This document shows, piece after piece, positions 37,766 to 49,610 of a stretch of 64,000 nucleotides of DNA. The stretch is from NCBI GenBank assembly GCA_040771865.1, contig JAXGZF010000004.1, positions 415,916-479,915 on the forward strand, written 5' to 3'. A program made the position numbers and the translations under genes. The notes under the pieces were generated by a model. The model did not search any database. It was not told the origin of the DNA and worked only from the letters and a program-made list of their open reading frames with translations. How positions within the stretch are numbered: position 1 is the stretch's first letter; every line of letters begins with the position of its first letter. Source of the DNA: Desulfobacterales bacterium (GTDB lineage: Bacteria > Desulfobacterota > Desulfobacteria > Desulfobacterales > UBA2245).

Positions 37766-39139
37766 ATGGTTTTTACGGATATGAAGCTGAATCGGAAAAA
37801 TGTGCTGGTAGCGGGTCTGGGAAAATCCGGAATGGCCGCCGCGCGTTTTCTCTGCGGCCGGGGCGCCCGAGTGACCGCATCCGATGTGTCCGAAGGGTCT
37901 GCCGAGGCGGTTGCCGAACTCAAGGAAATAGGGTGTATCATCGAGCTCGGTGGGCACCGGATGGAAACCTTCGAGAATCAGGATCTGATCGTCGTCAGCC
38001 CCGGTGTGCCGCATACGATCGCGCCGCTCTGCCGCGCACGGGAAAAAAGGATTCCGGTGATCGGAGAAATCGAGCTCGCCAGCCGTTTGATTCGGGAACC
38101 CATCGTGGCGATTACTGGAACCAACGGAAAAACCACGACCACGACTCTGGTGGGCGAAATGCTCAAGGCATCGGGAATGGATGTTTTTGTCGGCGGAAAC
38201 ATCGGCCGACCGCTGATCGAATACGTTTCCGGACCGCCGGCCGAACGGGTGGTCGTGGAAATCAGCAGTTTTCAGCTCGATACCATCGTGGATTTCAGAC
38301 CGGATGTAGCGGTTCTGCTTAATATCAGTCCGGACCATCTCGACCGGTATGCGGGCATGCCGGCCTATGCCGCATCCAAGGTTAGAATCTTTGAAAACCA
38401 GACCTCGAGGGATACGGCCATTCTCAACGGTCGGGATGCATGGACCCTGAAGTTAGAAGAAAATATTCGCGCCCGAAAGCTGTACTTTGACGGCCGGAAG
38501 CCGGGCCGGTTCGGAGCGGACATAAAGGCCGGCCGGCTGGTGCTGCATATGGAGGATTCGAATGTCCGGACCGTGGATCTTTCTGAATTCAGGCTGGTCG
38601 GCAGGCACAATCTAGAGAACGCTTCGGCGGCATGCCTGGCCGCACTGGCCGCCGGCGGAAGTCCTGAGGCTGTAACTGCTGTATTGAACCGTTTTGAAGG
38701 GCTTGCCCACCGGGTGCAATACGCCGGGTCTGTCTGCGGGGTCGAATTTTTCGATGATTCCAAGGCGACCACCGTCGATTCGGTCAAACGGGCGCTGGAG
38801 TGTTTCGACAGACCGGTTATTCTGATCATGGGGGGACTGGCCAAGGGTTGCGATTTTCAGGATCTTTCGGTGCCGGTGCGGAAAAGCTGCAAAAAAATTA
38901 TCGCCATCGGCGAGGCCGCCGACGAGATTGTCTCCGTGTTGGGGCCGGTCTGCGCGGGCGGCGTCGATAAGGCGATTACTATGGAAGAAGCCGTAGCCAG
39001 CGCTTTTTCCCACGCGGTTTCCGGCGACACGGTTCTGCTGTCGCCGGCGTGCGCGAGTTTTGACATGTTCAGCGGATATGCTCAGCGGGGAGAACGATTT
39101 TGTCAGGCGATACAGAAACTCAGAGCAGCAAACCGGTAA
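37766..39139 (+). CDS. murD: UDP-MurNAc-L-Ala-D-Glu ligase
   Basis: GLGKSG, SPGV, GTNGKTT, EISSFQL, DHLDRY, DDSKAT, LSPACASFDMF. Confidence 0.97.
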   Translation: MVFTDMKLNRKNVLVAGLGKSGMAAARFLCGRGARVTASDVSEGSAEAVAELKEIGCIIELGGHRMETFENQDLIVVSPGVPHTIAPLCRAREKRIPVIGEIELASRLIREPIVAITGTNGKTTTTTLVGEMLKASGMDVFVGGNIGRPLIEYVSGPPAERVVVEISSFQLDTIVDFRPDVAVLLNISPDHLDRYAGMPAYAASKVRIFENQTSRDTAILNGRDAWTLKLEENIRARKLYFDGRKPGRFGADIKAGRLVLHMEDSNVRTVDLSEFRLVGRHNLENASAACLAALAAGGSPEAVTAVLNRFEGLAHRVQYAGSVCGVEFFDDSKATTVDSVKRALECFDRPVILIMGGLAKGCDFQDLSVPVRKSCKKIIAIGEAADEIVSVLGPVCAGGVDKAITMEEAVASAFSHAVSGDTVLLSPACASFDMFSGYAQRGERFCQAIQKLRAANR

Positions 39140-40260
39140 AGGGCACAAGAAACCCGAGTCATGCTTCATATGACCTGGTGCTCCTTTTCTCCGTTCTGAC
39201 GCTGGTGGGCATCGGCCTGGTGATGGTGTACAGCGCGAGCGCCGCGCTGGCTCAGAAAAAATACGGATCGGATTTTTATTTTCTGGAAAAGCAGGCTCTG
39301 GCCGCCGGCCTTGGGTTTGTGGCCCTCGTGTTTTTCAAGCACTTTCCGCTCCGCTGGGTCCGAGTGATGGCTTATCCCATGTTGTTGACAACGGTTGCCT
39401 GCCTGATCGCCACGCGGTTTTCGAGCCTGGGATTTTCCGCCGGCGGCGCCCAGCGATGGATTCGGGCCTTTGGATTCAGTTTTCAGCCGTCGGAAATGGC
39501 CCGGTTCGCCATGATGCTCTATATGGCCTACTCGATGAGCAAGAAGCGGGAAATGATTCGGGATTTTTCCGTGGGGTTCTTACCCCATGTCATGATTCTG
39601 ACCATTCTGTCCGCCTTGATTCTCATTCAGCCGGATTTCGGGTCGGTGATCATTCTGGGCGCGCTGACCTGGATCATGATGTTTATCGGCGGGGTTCGAC
39701 TCACGCATCTTCTCTCGCCCCTGATCGTTCTGGTTCCGGCCATGACCTGGCTGATCATTCAGGAACCATACCGGGTCCGCAGGCTGATCAGTTTCCTGGA
39801 TCCGTGGCAGTATGCATCGGATGAGGGGTATCAGATCGTCCATTCGCTGATGGCGTTCGGGGCCGGCGGCATTTTTGGAGGCGGTCTCGGCAAGGGGGTG
39901 CAGAAGCTGTTTTATCTTCCCGAGCCGCATACTGATTTTATCTTTTCCGTTGTGGGGGAAGAACTCGGATGCGTGGGCGTGATCGGAATTTTGGCGCTTT
40001 TTTTTCTGATTCTATGGCGGGGGATCCGGATTGCCCGAAAGGCTCCGGATGCGTTTTCGGCATTTGCGGCAGCCGGCATTACCTCGGCCATCGGGCTTCA
40101 GGCCGCCATCAATATCGGGGTGACCATGGGGTTGCTGCCGACCAAGGGGTTGACGCTTCCGTTCCTGAGTTATGGGGGAAGTTCGCTGCTGATCAACATG
40201 GCAGCCATCGGATTGCTGTTAAATATTCAGTCGATCAGGGTGCAACCATGGAAGAAATAA
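39100..40260 (+). CDS. ftsW: SEDS peptidoglycan polymerase FtsW (start uncertain)
   Basis: MVYSAS, FQPSE, QPDFG, LPEPHTDFIF, LPTKGLTLPFLSYGGSS. Confidence 0.96.
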   Translation: MSGDTETQSSKPVKGTRNPSHASYDLVLLFSVLTLVGIGLVMVYSASAALAQKKYGSDFYFLEKQALAAGLGFVALVFFKHFPLRWVRVMAYPMLLTTVACLIATRFSSLGFSAGGAQRWIRAFGFSFQPSEMARFAMMLYMAYSMSKKREMIRDFSVGFLPHVMILTILSALILIQPDFGSVIILGALTWIMMFIGGVRLTHLLSPLIVLVPAMTWLIIQEPYRVRRLISFLDPWQYASDEGYQIVHSLMAFGAGGIFGGGLGKGVQKLFYLPEPHTDFIFSVVGEELGCVGVIGILALFFLILWRGIRIARKAPDAFSAFAAAGITSAIGLQAAINIGVTMGLLPTKGLTLPFLSYGGSSLLINMAAIGLLLNIQSIRVQPWKK

Positions 40261-41396
40261 GAGATGACGATTTTCAGGAATCAGAAAAGCCGGTCGATTT
40301 TGGATACGGGCGAAGACTGGTGATTGCCGGCGGCGTGACCGGCGGGCATCTGTTTCCCGGCGTGGCGATCGCCCAGGAGTTTGTCAGGGCGGATTCCCGG
40401 AATGCGGTTTTGTTTGTCAGCGCGGGCCGGCCCATGGAGCGTTCGATCTTAAGCAAGGCCGGGTTTGAGCTTTGCGCCATCGATGTTCAGGGCGTCAAGG
40501 GCAGGGGACGGTTCAGTCAGCTGGCTGCCCTGTTCAAACTGCCTGGAGCGGTATGGGCCAGTTCGAGAATACTGAAGCAGTTCAGGGCGGACCTGGTGCT
40601 GGGCGTGGGAAGCTTTGCCGCCGGTCCGGTGGTCCTGGCGGCCCGGCTTCGCGGTATTCCCTGCGTGCTTCAGGAACAGAACATTCTGCCCGGCATCACC
40701 AACCGGATTCTTTCCCGGTGGGTTGGACGGATCTATGTGTCGTTTCCCGAGTCCAAGGATTATTTCGATCCGGGAAAGACCCTGCTGACCGGCAATCCGG
40801 TTCGCCGGCAGATCCTTGATGCGGCGCGAAAACAGAAGAAGGACGCGGCCGGCGCTTTCACCGTGCTTGTGCTCGGCGGGAGCCAGGGTGCGCACGCCGT
40901 CAACCTGGCGGTTCTTGAGGGCCTTGAGTTTCTGAAAGGCATGCCGGTGCGGTTCATCCATCAGACCGGCGCGGCCGATTATGACGACACCCGCAGGGCA
41001 TATGAAAATCAGGGATTGTCGAACCGGGTTCAGGCCTTTTTCGAAGATATGGGCGCCCTGTACCGGCAGGCGGATCTGGTGATATGCCGGGCCGGAGCCA
41101 CGACCGTAGCCGAGCTGGCGGTCATGGGAAAACCGGCGATCTTTGTGCCGTTTCCCTTTGCCGCCGACGACCACCAGACATTGAACGCACGCAGCCTGGT
41201 CAGGGCCGGCGCCGCGGAGATGATTTCAGAAAAGGATCTGACGGGGAAAATTCTGGCCGAGCGCGTACAGTATTATTCCGAAAATCCGGAAATTCTGGCT
41301 GAAATGGCGGCAAAGGCCGGACAGTTCGGAAAACCCGACGCCGCTGCCGTCATCGTGGCGGACTGTCTTCGAATGTGCAGCGAAACGGTCTGCTGA
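40248..41396 (+). CDS. murG: Undecaprenyl-PP-MurNAc-pentapeptide GlcNAc transferase
   Basis: TGGHLFP, EQN, TGNPVR, GGSQGA, RAGATT..E, DHQ..NA. Confidence 0.97.
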   Translation: MEEIRDDDFQESEKPVDFGYGRRLVIAGGVTGGHLFPGVAIAQEFVRADSRNAVLFVSAGRPMERSILSKAGFELCAIDVQGVKGRGRFSQLAALFKLPGAVWASSRILKQFRADLVLGVGSFAAGPVVLAARLRGIPCVLQEQNILPGITNRILSRWVGRIYVSFPESKDYFDPGKTLLTGNPVRRQILDAARKQKKDAAGAFTVLVLGGSQGAHAVNLAVLEGLEFLKGMPVRFIHQTGAADYDDTRRAYENQGLSNRVQAFFEDMGALYRQADLVICRAGATTVAELAVMGKPAIFVPFPFAADDHQTLNARSLVRAGAAEMISEKDLTGKILAERVQYYSENPEILAEMAAKAGQFGKPDAAAVIVADCLRMCSETVC

Positions 41397-41413
41397 GGCC
41401 AAAGGGGCGATTC

Positions 41414-42811
41414 ATGTATCAGAAAAAATATCACATACACTTTGTCGGAATCGGCGGTATCGGCATGAGCGGCATCGCGGAGCTGCTGCTGAATCTGGGC
41501 TACACGGTTTCGGGTTCCGACCTGAAAGGCTCTGACATCACGGACCGGCTCAGGAAACTGGGAGGAATCATCCATGAGGGACACTGTGCCGATTACATAA
41601 GGAATGCGGACGTGGTGGTGATCTCCTCTGCCGTGAAACCGGATAATCCGGAAGTTCAGGCGGCCCGGTCCATGGCCGTTCCGGTGATTCCCAGGGCCGA
41701 GATGCTGGCCGAGCTGATGCGGCTCAAGTACAGCGTGGCCGTGGCGGGCGCTCATGGAAAAACCACCACGACCTCCCTGGTGGCGTCTGTGCTGGAACAT
41801 GGCGGATATGATCCGACCGTGGTCATCGGCGGAAAACTCAAAAGCATCGGGGTCAACGCCTTTCTCGGCAAGGGAGAGTACATCGTGGCCGAAGCCGATG
41901 AAAGCGACGGTTCGTTTCTGAAGATGTCGCCCACCATCGCCGTGGTGACCAACATCGACCGGGAGCATCTGGATTATTATAAAGGTCTGGACGAGATCAA
42001 GGAGACCTTTCTGAATTTTCTGGATCGGATTCCATTTTACGGCCTGGCGGTGCTGTGCCTGGACAACGAACCGCTTCAGGACCTGATTCCACGGGTTAAA
42101 AAACGATACACCACCTACGGCATGAGTCCGCAGGCGGATTTTCAGGCGCGGAACGCCGAATTTGAAGGGCTGAAAAGCCGGTTTTCCGTTTATTTCCGGG
42201 GGGATCTGCTGGGTGAAATGATTCTGAATCTTCCCGGAATTCACAATGTTTACAATGCCCTGGCCGCCATCGCCGTCGGCCGGGAGCTGAACATCGCCTT
42301 CGAAAAAGTCAAATCGGCCCTTGAGAACCATGCCGGGGTTCAGCGCCGGATCGAGATCAAGGGAGAGGAATGCGGAATCACCGTGGTCGACGATTACGGA
42401 CATCACCCGACGGAGATCAAGACCACGCTGGGCGCCGTCAAAAACAGCTGGCCGGACAGAAGAACCATTGTGGTGTTTCAGCCGCACCGTTACACGAGAA
42501 CCCGGGCCCTGATGGATGAATTTTCCCGGGCATTTTTCCAGTCGGACCGCCTGCTCGTGCTGCCGATATACGCCGCCAGCGAGGCCCCGATCGAAGGCGT
42601 GGACAGCCGGACCCTGTGCGAGCAGATTCACGCCTTTGGATACAGGGATGTCCTTCATGTGGAAAATTTTGATGCGGCGATCGGAGAACTCCGTCGCATG
42701 CTGCAGCCCGGAGATATCGTGCTGACCTTGGGCGCCGGCGATGTCTGGAAGGTCGGGGAGGCGCTGCTCGCGGATCTCCGGTCAAATCCGCCCGTCCACA
42801 ATCAATGCTGA
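41414..42811 (+). CDS. murC: UDP-MurNAc-L-Ala ligase
   Basis: [47 protein letters not shown]. Confidence 0.98.
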   Translation: MYQKKYHIHFVGIGGIGMSGIAELLLNLGYTVSGSDLKGSDITDRLRKLGGIIHEGHCADYIRNADVVVISSAVKPDNPEVQAARSMAVPVIPRAEMLAELMRLKYSVAVAGAHGKTTTTSLVASVLEHGGYDPTVVIGGKLKSIGVNAFLGKGEYIVAEADESDGSFLKMSPTIAVVTNIDREHLDYYKGLDEIKETFLNFLDRIPFYGLAVLCLDNEPLQDLIPRVKKRYTTYGMSPQADFQARNAEFEGLKSRFSVYFRGDLLGEMILNLPGIHNVYNALAAIAVGRELNIAFEKVKSALENHAGVQRRIEIKGEECGITVVDDYGHHPTEIKTTLGAVKNSWPDRRTIVVFQPHRYTRTRALMDEFSRAFFQSDRLLVLPIYAASEAPIEGVDSRTLCEQIHAFGYRDVLHVENFDAAIGELRRMLQPGDIVLTLGAGDVWKVGEALLADLRSNPPVHNQC

Positions 42812-43758
42812 AGGAAGGCATCGTGCAGCCGGAATGGAGAAAGTGGCTTTCAGATACCTTGAACGCGGCGGTTCGCTTCGACGAACCCATGGCGGCGCAT
42901 ACCACTCTGGGGGTGGGGGGGGCGGCCTGGGCCTTCGCGGTCCCGGAAAGTCTTTCTCAGCTTCAGGCTCTGGTCAGCGGCGCCGTGCAGAGGCAGATAC
43001 CCTACCAGGTGATCGGTTCGGGTTCAAATCTTCTGGTCAAAGACAGGGGCGTTCCGGGCCTGGTGATCTGCCTGAACCGATGCCTTTCCCGAATCGAGGA
43101 ATTCGGATGCGGGCGGAAGGGAATGGTTTCAGCCATGGCCGGGGTCAGGCTGCCGGTGCTTTGCGGTTATGCACAGCGCCGGGGACTGGCGGGGCTGGAG
43201 TTTGCCTGGGGCATTCCCGGAACGGTCGGCGGAGCGGTTTTCATGAATGCGGGAACCGCGTCGGGCGCCATGGCCGATGTGGTTCAGTCCGTCAGCGTGC
43301 TTTTGCCGGAAAACCGGATTCTACGTCTGGAAAAAGAGGAATTGTCCTTTTCGTACCGAAAACTTTCCTGTCCGGTTCCGGACTGGGACCGGGGAAAGGC
43401 GATCATTCTGGAAGCCTCCCTGAGCCTGGAGCCCGAAAATCCCGGCGTTCTCAGGGAGAGAGCCGCGCGCATGCTGCGCAAAAGACGCGAAACGCAACCG
43501 GTTTTAGCAAAAAGCGCCGGCAGTTTCTTCAAGAATCCGGCCGGCGGGAAATCCGCCGGCGAGCTTCTGGACCAGGCCGGTTTGAAAGGAATGACGATCG
43601 GAGGGGCGCGAATTTCGCCCAGACATGCCAATTTCATCATCAACCTTGGAAACGCGACGGCGGCCGATATTCTGGCCTTGGTGGAGATCGCCAGGCAGGC
43701 CGTTCTGAAGAAGTTCGGCGTGTATCTGGAAACGGAGGTCAAAATTGTTGGGGAATAG
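42805..43758 (+). CDS. murB: UDP-GlcNAc-enolpyruvate reductase
   Basis: [41 protein letters not shown]. Confidence 0.96.
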   Translation: MLKEGIVQPEWRKWLSDTLNAAVRFDEPMAAHTTLGVGGAAWAFAVPESLSQLQALVSGAVQRQIPYQVIGSGSNLLVKDRGVPGLVICLNRCLSRIEEFGCGRKGMVSAMAGVRLPVLCGYAQRRGLAGLEFAWGIPGTVGGAVFMNAGTASGAMADVVQSVSVLLPENRILRLEKEELSFSYRKLSCPVPDWDRGKAIILEASLSLEPENPGVLRERAARMLRKRRETQPVLAKSAGSFFKNPAGGKSAGELLDQAGLKGMTIGGARISPRHANFIINLGNATAADILALVEIARQAVLKKFGVYLETEVKIVGE

Positions 43759-44608
43759 AAGAGTTCGGCGGAATCACTACAGGGTGAGCCCGCAGTCACG
43801 GTGGGAAGCCCGGAAAAGAATCCTGCTTGCCTGTTTCAAGATTGCTGCCGGAATATCGGCGGTGGCGGTCATGAGCGGAATGTTCATCTTCGGATACGAT
43901 CTGGCCACGCAGTGCGACTATTTCAGAACCCGGGAGATTCATGTGGATGGTGCCCGGCGGTTGAGCGTTTCCGAGGTTATCGAAAAAGCGGGCGTGCACG
44001 AGGGCGTCAACGCGCTGTCCGTCAATCTGTACAAGGCGCAGAAGATGCTTCTGGACCACCCCTGGATTGCCCAGGCCGAGATCGGACTGGAACTGCCTTC
44101 CGCGATTCGAATTCGAATCGTTGAGGAAGAGCCCCTGGCGGTGGTTGATCTGGGCCGCCGGTATGTCATCAACACGAAGGGTGAAATATTTAAAAGATGG
44201 GAGCCATCGGATTCGGAGGGTCTGCCCGTGGTCAGCGGACTGGAATATTCGGATCTGGCGGCGCTGAATGGAAACTCCAGTGAATCCTTCCGCGCGGTGA
44301 TGAACGTGCTCCGGCTGGGAAGCGATGCCGACGCCGTCGTGCCGGTTCAAATGGTCAAGAGAATTGATGTGGATCGTGAAATGGGGCTGACGGTGTTTGC
44401 CTTTGACCGGCCCAGGGCGATCAAACTGGGCTACGAAAGGTATTCTGAAAAATATGACCGACTCAGAGAAGTGATGACTTACCTGAAGGAGCGTTCTGAA
44501 GTCGTTGATTTTGAATCGATCGATCTCAATGATCCGGGCCGGATTGTCATTACCCCGGTTCCATTGGATGGTCCGGACAAGGGCGGCAAGGAGGTCAAAG
44601 GTGCATGA
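43745..44608 (+). CDS. ftsQ: Cell division protein FtsQ
   Basis: TM plus POTRA domain (HPWI..A.I...LP..I.I.I.E); position before ftsA. Confidence 0.88.
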   Translation: MLGNRRVRRNHYRVSPQSRWEARKRILLACFKIAAGISAVAVMSGMFIFGYDLATQCDYFRTREIHVDGARRLSVSEVIEKAGVHEGVNALSVNLYKAQKMLLDHPWIAQAEIGLELPSAIRIRIVEEEPLAVVDLGRRYVINTKGEIFKRWEPSDSEGLPVVSGLEYSDLAALNGNSSESFRAVMNVLRLGSDADAVVPVQMVKRIDVDREMGLTVFAFDRPRAIKLGYERYSEKYDRLREVMTYLKERSEVVDFESIDLNDPGRIVITPVPLDGPDKGGKEVKGA

Positions 44609-45827
44609 CAAGGCAGAGATCATTGTAGGTCTGGATATCGGTACGACCAAGATCTGCGCGGTAGTGGGCGAAATATCGGGTCGGGACATCAACGTCATCG
44701 GCGTGGGGTCTCATCCCTCCATCGGCCTGAGAAAAGGCGTGGTGGTGAATATCGAATCCACGGTGGATTCCATCAAGAAGGCGGTCGAAGAGGCCGAGCT
44801 CATGGCGGGGTGCGAGATTTCATCCGTGTACGCGGGCATCGCCGGAGGGCATATCACCGGATTCAACAGCCGGGGCATTATTGCCGTGAAGAACCAGGAG
44901 GTGAGCCAGACCGATGTGGAACGGGTGGTGGATGCGGCCCGGGCCATCGCCATTCCGATGGACCGGGAGGTAATCCACGTGATTCCTCAGGAATTTATCG
45001 TGGACGATCAGCCGGGAATTCAGAATCCGGTCGGCATGACCGGGGTCCGGCTGGAAGCCAAGGTGCACATCGTGACCGGCGCGGTGACATCGGCCCACAA
45101 CATCGTTAAATGCGCCAACCGTTCCGGTCTGGATGTATGCGATATCGTTCTGGAATCCCTGGCTTCCGGAGAGGCCGTTCTGACCGATGAGGAAAAAGAT
45201 CTGGGCGCGGCCCTGATCGATCTGGGCGGCGGAACGACCGACCTTGCGATTTTTGCGGGCAACAACATCAAGCATACATTTGTCCTGGGTCTGGGCGGCA
45301 ACAATCTGACCAACGATATCGCCATCGGTCTTCGGGCGCCCATGGCGGAGGCGGAATTAATCAAGATCAAATACGGAAGCTGCGTTTCGCACAAGATCAG
45401 CAGCGATGAAACCATCGAGGTTCCGGGCATGGGCGGCAGAAAGCCCAGAAAGCTTCCCCGGCAGATTCTCGGGGAGATTCTGGAGCCGCGGATGGAAGAG
45501 ATTTTTACGCTGGTCAAACGGGAGATCGATCGCTCTGAAATGGTGAACATGATTTCCTCCGGAATCGTGATCACCGGAGGCTCCGCGCTCCTGGACGGAA
45601 TCAGCGAGGTGGCCGAGTCGATTCTCCATCTTCCCGCGCGTATCGGAACGCCCAGGGGAATCAGCGGCCTGGTCGACGTGGTCAACAATCCGATGTATGC
45701 AACTGCGGTCGGGCTGGTCATTTACGGCGCCAAACACCGGCCGGCCAAAAATTTTCGAATACGGGACGCCAACATCTTCAACCGGTTGATTTCCCGTATG
45801 ACACGGTGGTTCAAAGAGGTGATCTGA
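44601..45827 (+). CDS. ftsA: Cell division protein FtsA
   Basis: [22 protein letters not shown] start after AAGGAGG. Confidence 0.97.
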   Translation: MHDKAEIIVGLDIGTTKICAVVGEISGRDINVIGVGSHPSIGLRKGVVVNIESTVDSIKKAVEEAELMAGCEISSVYAGIAGGHITGFNSRGIIAVKNQEVSQTDVERVVDAARAIAIPMDREVIHVIPQEFIVDDQPGIQNPVGMTGVRLEAKVHIVTGAVTSAHNIVKCANRSGLDVCDIVLESLASGEAVLTDEEKDLGAALIDLGGGTTDLAIFAGNNIKHTFVLGLGGNNLTNDIAIGLRAPMAEAELIKIKYGSCVSHKISSDETIEVPGMGGRKPRKLPRQILGEILEPRMEEIFTLVKREIDRSEMVNMISSGIVITGGSALLDGISEVAESILHLPARIGTPRGISGLVDVVNNPMYATAVGLVIYGAKHRPAKNFRIRDANIFNRLISRMTRWFKEVI

Positions 45828-45922
45828 CAGGATCCGGGTGGAACTGTCCGCGGCTTGTTCAGCGGATGCCGGCGGCTCGCGCCGCCGTGGTTCAGAAACA
45901 TAAACCAAGAGATGGGGGAAGG

Positions 45923-47107
45923 ATGTTTACTTACGTGGATAGCGAAAAGAGTGCAAAAATCAAGGTGATTGGAGTGGGCGGAGCCGGCGGCAACGCGATC
46001 AACAACATGATCGAGGCCAACCTGAAGGGCGTGAAGTTTATCGCGGCCAATACGGATGCCCAGGCCCTGGAAATGTCCAAGGCCCCAACGTTGATTCAGA
46101 TCGGCGAGCGGTTGACCGAAGGCCTGGGCGCGGGCGCCAATCCGCAGGTGGGAAAAGAGGCGGCTCTGGAAAACGCGGATGATATTCGCGCCGCACTGGC
46201 CGACAGCCATATGGTTTTTATCACGGCCGGATTCGGCGGAGGCACCGGCACCGGGGCGGCCCCGGTGATCGCCGAAATCGCCAAGGAGCTCGGCGCGCTG
46301 ACCGTGGCCGTGGTGACCCGCCCGTTCTCCTTTGAGGGCAAAAAAAGGGCCAGACAGGCGGAAGAGGGGATCGAGGCCCTGAAAGAGCTGGCCGATACGG
46401 TCATCACCATTCCCAACGACCGGCTACGAGGCATCGCCGGAAAGAATGCCAAGATGCTGGAGATGTTCAAAAAAGCCGATGAAATTCTGCTGCATTCGGT
46501 CAAGAGCATCACGGACCTGATCATGATCAAGGGCCTGGTCAACCTGGACTTTGCCGATGTTCGGACCATCATGTCCAAAGCGGGAATGGCGATCATGGGC
46601 ATCGGAATCGCCAGCGGCGAGAACCGCGCGGTTACCGCCGCCGAACGGGCCATTTCCCATCCGCTTCTGGAAGATATCTCCATTGCCGGCGCCAGAGGCG
46701 TGCTGGTCAATATCGCCAGCACCAGCGATCTGACCATGGAGGAGATGACCGAGGCTTCGGAGCGCATCTACACCGAGGTCGGGGAGGACGCGGAAATCAT
46801 CTGGGGCGCGGTGGTGGATGATAGCCTGGGCGACGAGATCCGGGTCACCGTGATCGCCACGGGTATTGGAACCGAGAGCGAAAGACCGGCGAAGGGCAGA
46901 AAAATAACGGATGTCGCTCCCCGGGGAAGGCTTCGGGATGTCACGCCGGAAGACATTCAGCAGGCCGTTGATTATGAAGAGCCGACCTACATCCGCCAGC
47001 GGGCGGGCGGTGAAGGGAGCGGAGCAAAATTCCCCGGTTACAAGGGAATCGTTCTGGACAGCAATGATCTGGAAATTCCCACGTTTTTGAGAAGAAAGGC
47101 GGATTGA
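45923..47107 (+). CDS. ftsZ: Cell division protein FtsZ
   Basis: [23 protein letters not shown]-terminal DLEIPTFLR. Confidence 0.98.
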   Translation: MFTYVDSEKSAKIKVIGVGGAGGNAINNMIEANLKGVKFIAANTDAQALEMSKAPTLIQIGERLTEGLGAGANPQVGKEAALENADDIRAALADSHMVFITAGFGGGTGTGAAPVIAEIAKELGALTVAVVTRPFSFEGKKRARQAEEGIEALKELADTVITIPNDRLRGIAGKNAKMLEMFKKADEILLHSVKSITDLIMIKGLVNLDFADVRTIMSKAGMAIMGIGIASGENRAVTAAERAISHPLLEDISIAGARGVLVNIASTSDLTMEEMTEASERIYTEVGEDAEIIWGAVVDDSLGDEIRVTVIATGIGTESERPAKGRKITDVAPRGRLRDVTPEDIQQAVDYEEPTYIRQRAGGEGSGAKFPGYKGIVLDSNDLEIPTFLRRKAD

Positions 47108-47146
47108 TCGGCGGATCTGCAGGCAGACCGCGGATGATGCTTTTGA

Positions 47147-48862
47147 ATGACAATCAAGAAACCCAATAAACCCGGAGAGCCGGTCGAATCCGGCGTGATC
47201 CGGAAAAACTGGCGTGGAAAAATCCGGGTGGCGCTGGCATATCCGAGCCGCTACCGCATCGGCATGTCCAATCTGGGTTTTCAGACGGTCTATCAGCAGC
47301 TCAACGCCTTCGAAAACGTGGTCTGCGAGCGGGTTTTTTCGCCCGAAGACGAGGCCGGTGCGGCAACGCCGGTGTTGTCTGTTGAATCCAGGCAGCCTCT
47401 GGCCGCTTTCGATATCGTTGCCTTTTCCATATCCTTCGAGAACGACTATTCGAACGTTCTGCGTATTTTGAAAGCAGCCGGGCTCCCCCTGCGATCCGAA
47501 AACAGAGTTTTCCCCCATCCTCTGGTGATCGCAGGGGGAGTAGCCTGCCTGCTGAATCCCGAACCCGTGTCTCCCTTCATCGACTGTTTCCTGATCGGCG
47601 AAGCCGAAACCCTGCTCGGCGAGTTTCTGGAACGCTTCGATTCAAAGGCCGAACGTTCGGCCATGCTCGACGAGATGGCCAGGACTCTTCCGGGGATCTA
47701 TGTTCCGAAAAACTACCAGGTTCGGTATCACCGGAACGGCGCCATCGCCGAAAGGATTCCGCTCAACGGAGCCCCTTCAATGGTTCGACGCCGGTATCTG
47801 GCCGATATTTCGAAGACCGCCACCTGTTCGTGTATTCTGACGCCCGACGCGGTCTTCAACGATTCGTTTCTGGTGGAGGTCGGCCGGGGGTGTCCGCACG
47901 GATGCCGGTTCTGCGCAGCGGGTTTTGTATACCGGCCGCCGAGGTTCAGGCCTTTGTCCATGCTGGCGGAATGCATCGCCGAAGGAAGGGCGTTGTCCGA
48001 CAAGATCGGGCTGGTGGGCGCGGCGGTTTCCGATCTTCCGGGCCTCGTTGAGCTGTGCGGAAAATTCAGCCAGGACGACTGCCGTCTTTCCTTCAGTTCA
48101 CTGAGGGCGGACAATCTGGCGCCGGAGCTGATCGCGGCCCTGAAAAAAAGCGGCGTCAAGACCGCCACCGTCGCCCCGGACGCCGGAACCGAAAGACTGC
48201 GTGCGGTCATTAACAAGGGGCTGGAAGAGGCCGATATTCTGAAAGCAGCCGAAGCGCTGGTTGCCGGGGGAATTCCGAACCTGCGGCTGTACTTCATGAT
48301 CGGACTTCCCACGGAAACCGACGCGGATGCCGCTGGAATCGCGGAACTCTGCAAGCGGATCAAACACCGCTTTTTAAAAGCCTCAAAAGCGCGCGGCCGC
48401 ATGGGAAAAATCACGGTCAGCCTGAACTGTTTTGTCCCCAAGCCGTTTACTCCGTTTCAATGGATCGCCATGGAGGAAACCGGCGTTCTGAAATACCGGA
48501 TCAAAAAAATCAGGGAGATTCTCAGAAAGGTTCCGAATGTCGAGGTGCATGCCGATATGCCCCGATGGGCCTATATCCAGGGCGTGCTGTCCAGGGGCGA
48601 CCGAAGGGTCGCCGAGCTTCTGGCGGCGAATCTGGAAGATCAGGGAAACTGGGCCAGAACGTTCAAACGTTCTCCGGTGAATCCGGATTTTTATGCCTGC
48701 CGCGAGCGCGCGGATGAGGAGGTTCTGCCCTGGGACTTCATCGATCACGGAATCCGGAAATCCTATCTGCTTCAGGAACGCGACCGGGCCTTTCAGGAAC
48801 AGACCACGCCGGCATGCCCGCCGGATTCTTGCGATGCCTGCCGTCGCTGCCGAAACGACTGA
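47147..48862 (+). CDS. Radical SAM protein with B12-binding-like N-terminal domain
   Basis: YRIGMSNLG, NPEP, RGCPHGCRFC, LYFMIGLPTE, FVPKPFTPFQW, LPWD. Confidence 0.9.
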   Translation: MTIKKPNKPGEPVESGVIRKNWRGKIRVALAYPSRYRIGMSNLGFQTVYQQLNAFENVVCERVFSPEDEAGAATPVLSVESRQPLAAFDIVAFSISFENDYSNVLRILKAAGLPLRSENRVFPHPLVIAGGVACLLNPEPVSPFIDCFLIGEAETLLGEFLERFDSKAERSAMLDEMARTLPGIYVPKNYQVRYHRNGAIAERIPLNGAPSMVRRRYLADISKTATCSCILTPDAVFNDSFLVEVGRGCPHGCRFCAAGFVYRPPRFRPLSMLAECIAEGRALSDKIGLVGAAVSDLPGLVELCGKFSQDDCRLSFSSLRADNLAPELIAALKKSGVKTATVAPDAGTERLRAVINKGLEEADILKAAEALVAGGIPNLRLYFMIGLPTETDADAAGIAELCKRIKHRFLKASKARGRMGKITVSLNCFVPKPFTPFQWIAMEETGVLKYRIKKIREILRKVPNVEVHADMPRWAYIQGVLSRGDRRVAELLAANLEDQGNWARTFKRSPVNPDFYACRERADEEVLPWDFIDHGIRKSYLLQERDRAFQEQTTPACPPDSCDACRRCRND

Positions 48863-49173
48863 ACGTTCGACCCCCCCCACACACACAACAGCCATGCAAA
48901 AAGTTCGGATTCCGAGTTTCGCGGCATCCGCATTTTACCCTTTAACGGAATCTATGAAAAACCTCGGTAATCAATTTTTGATGCCGTTCGATTGCGGGGT
49001 TCAAGTGCCGGATTTTCAAAAAAAACAGTTTTGAAAATCCGAATTTCGAAACCTGAAAAAATAGGAAATTGAAAAAATACTTGAAATTGTTTCCGCTTGA
49101 TGATAGCAGATTCTCTTTGGTTTTAAGCGTTCATTTTACACCAACTTAACTTTCTGAAAGGGATGGATCAAAA

Positions 49174-49536
49174 ATGACAAAGAAAGATCTGCAACTTGCT
49201 TACGCCCTGGCAATTGTTTGTTTCGTTGTGGGTATTATAAGCTATGCAGCCTTTCCTGCCAAAACGCCGGATACGCCGCTCCGGCTGATGTTTCACAGCT
49301 CGGCAGGAAAGATTTGGTTCGACCACGATACCCACGCGGATCAGGCAGGTTACGGCATTTCCTGCGAGGATTGCCATCATTACACGGATCCGTATAAGTG
49401 CGGCGAGTGTCATGCTTTGGAGAGCGACGACGAGAGTGTTCCCAAACGGTCGGATGCTTTCCACAAGCAGTGCATAGATTGCCACAAGGAAGGCGGGGCC
49501 GGCCCGGTGGACTGCAATGCGTGTCACGTCATGTAA
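49174..49536 (+). CDS. Membrane-anchored tetraheme cytochrome c3-family protein
   Basis: N-terminal TM; F-x-H-x-x-H; CEDCHH, CGECH, CIDCH, CNACH. Confidence 0.92.
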   Translation: MTKKDLQLAYALAIVCFVVGIISYAAFPAKTPDTPLRLMFHSSAGKIWFDHDTHADQAGYGISCEDCHHYTDPYKCGECHALESDDESVPKRSDAFHKQCIDCHKEGGAGPVDCNACHVM

Positions 49537-49569
49537 GCCAGACGGTTGCAAAACCGCTGGCTTTTTTTT
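49535..49569 (+). terminator. Intrinsic terminator-like hairpin between the cytochrome gene and rnfC
   Basis: AAGCCAG-A-CGGTT-GCAA-AACCG-CTGGCTT followed by a T-run. Confidence 0.7.
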
Positions 49570-49610
49570 CGCCCTTTGACACTAAAACGCGAAAAGAAAA
49601 AGGTTGAATT

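Noticed and set aside
40321..40360. MurG loop reads GGVTGGH rather than GGGTGGH; MurD reads DSKATT rather than DSKATN
   Set aside because: Single substitutions in otherwise intact essential genes; cannot be told apart from tolerated variation or sequence error.
48863..49173. Rex operator or small ORF upstream of the rnf operon
   Set aside because: The region is AT-rich but has no TTGTGAA-N4-TTCACAA-like palindrome, and the short ORF lacks an RBS or recognisable features.
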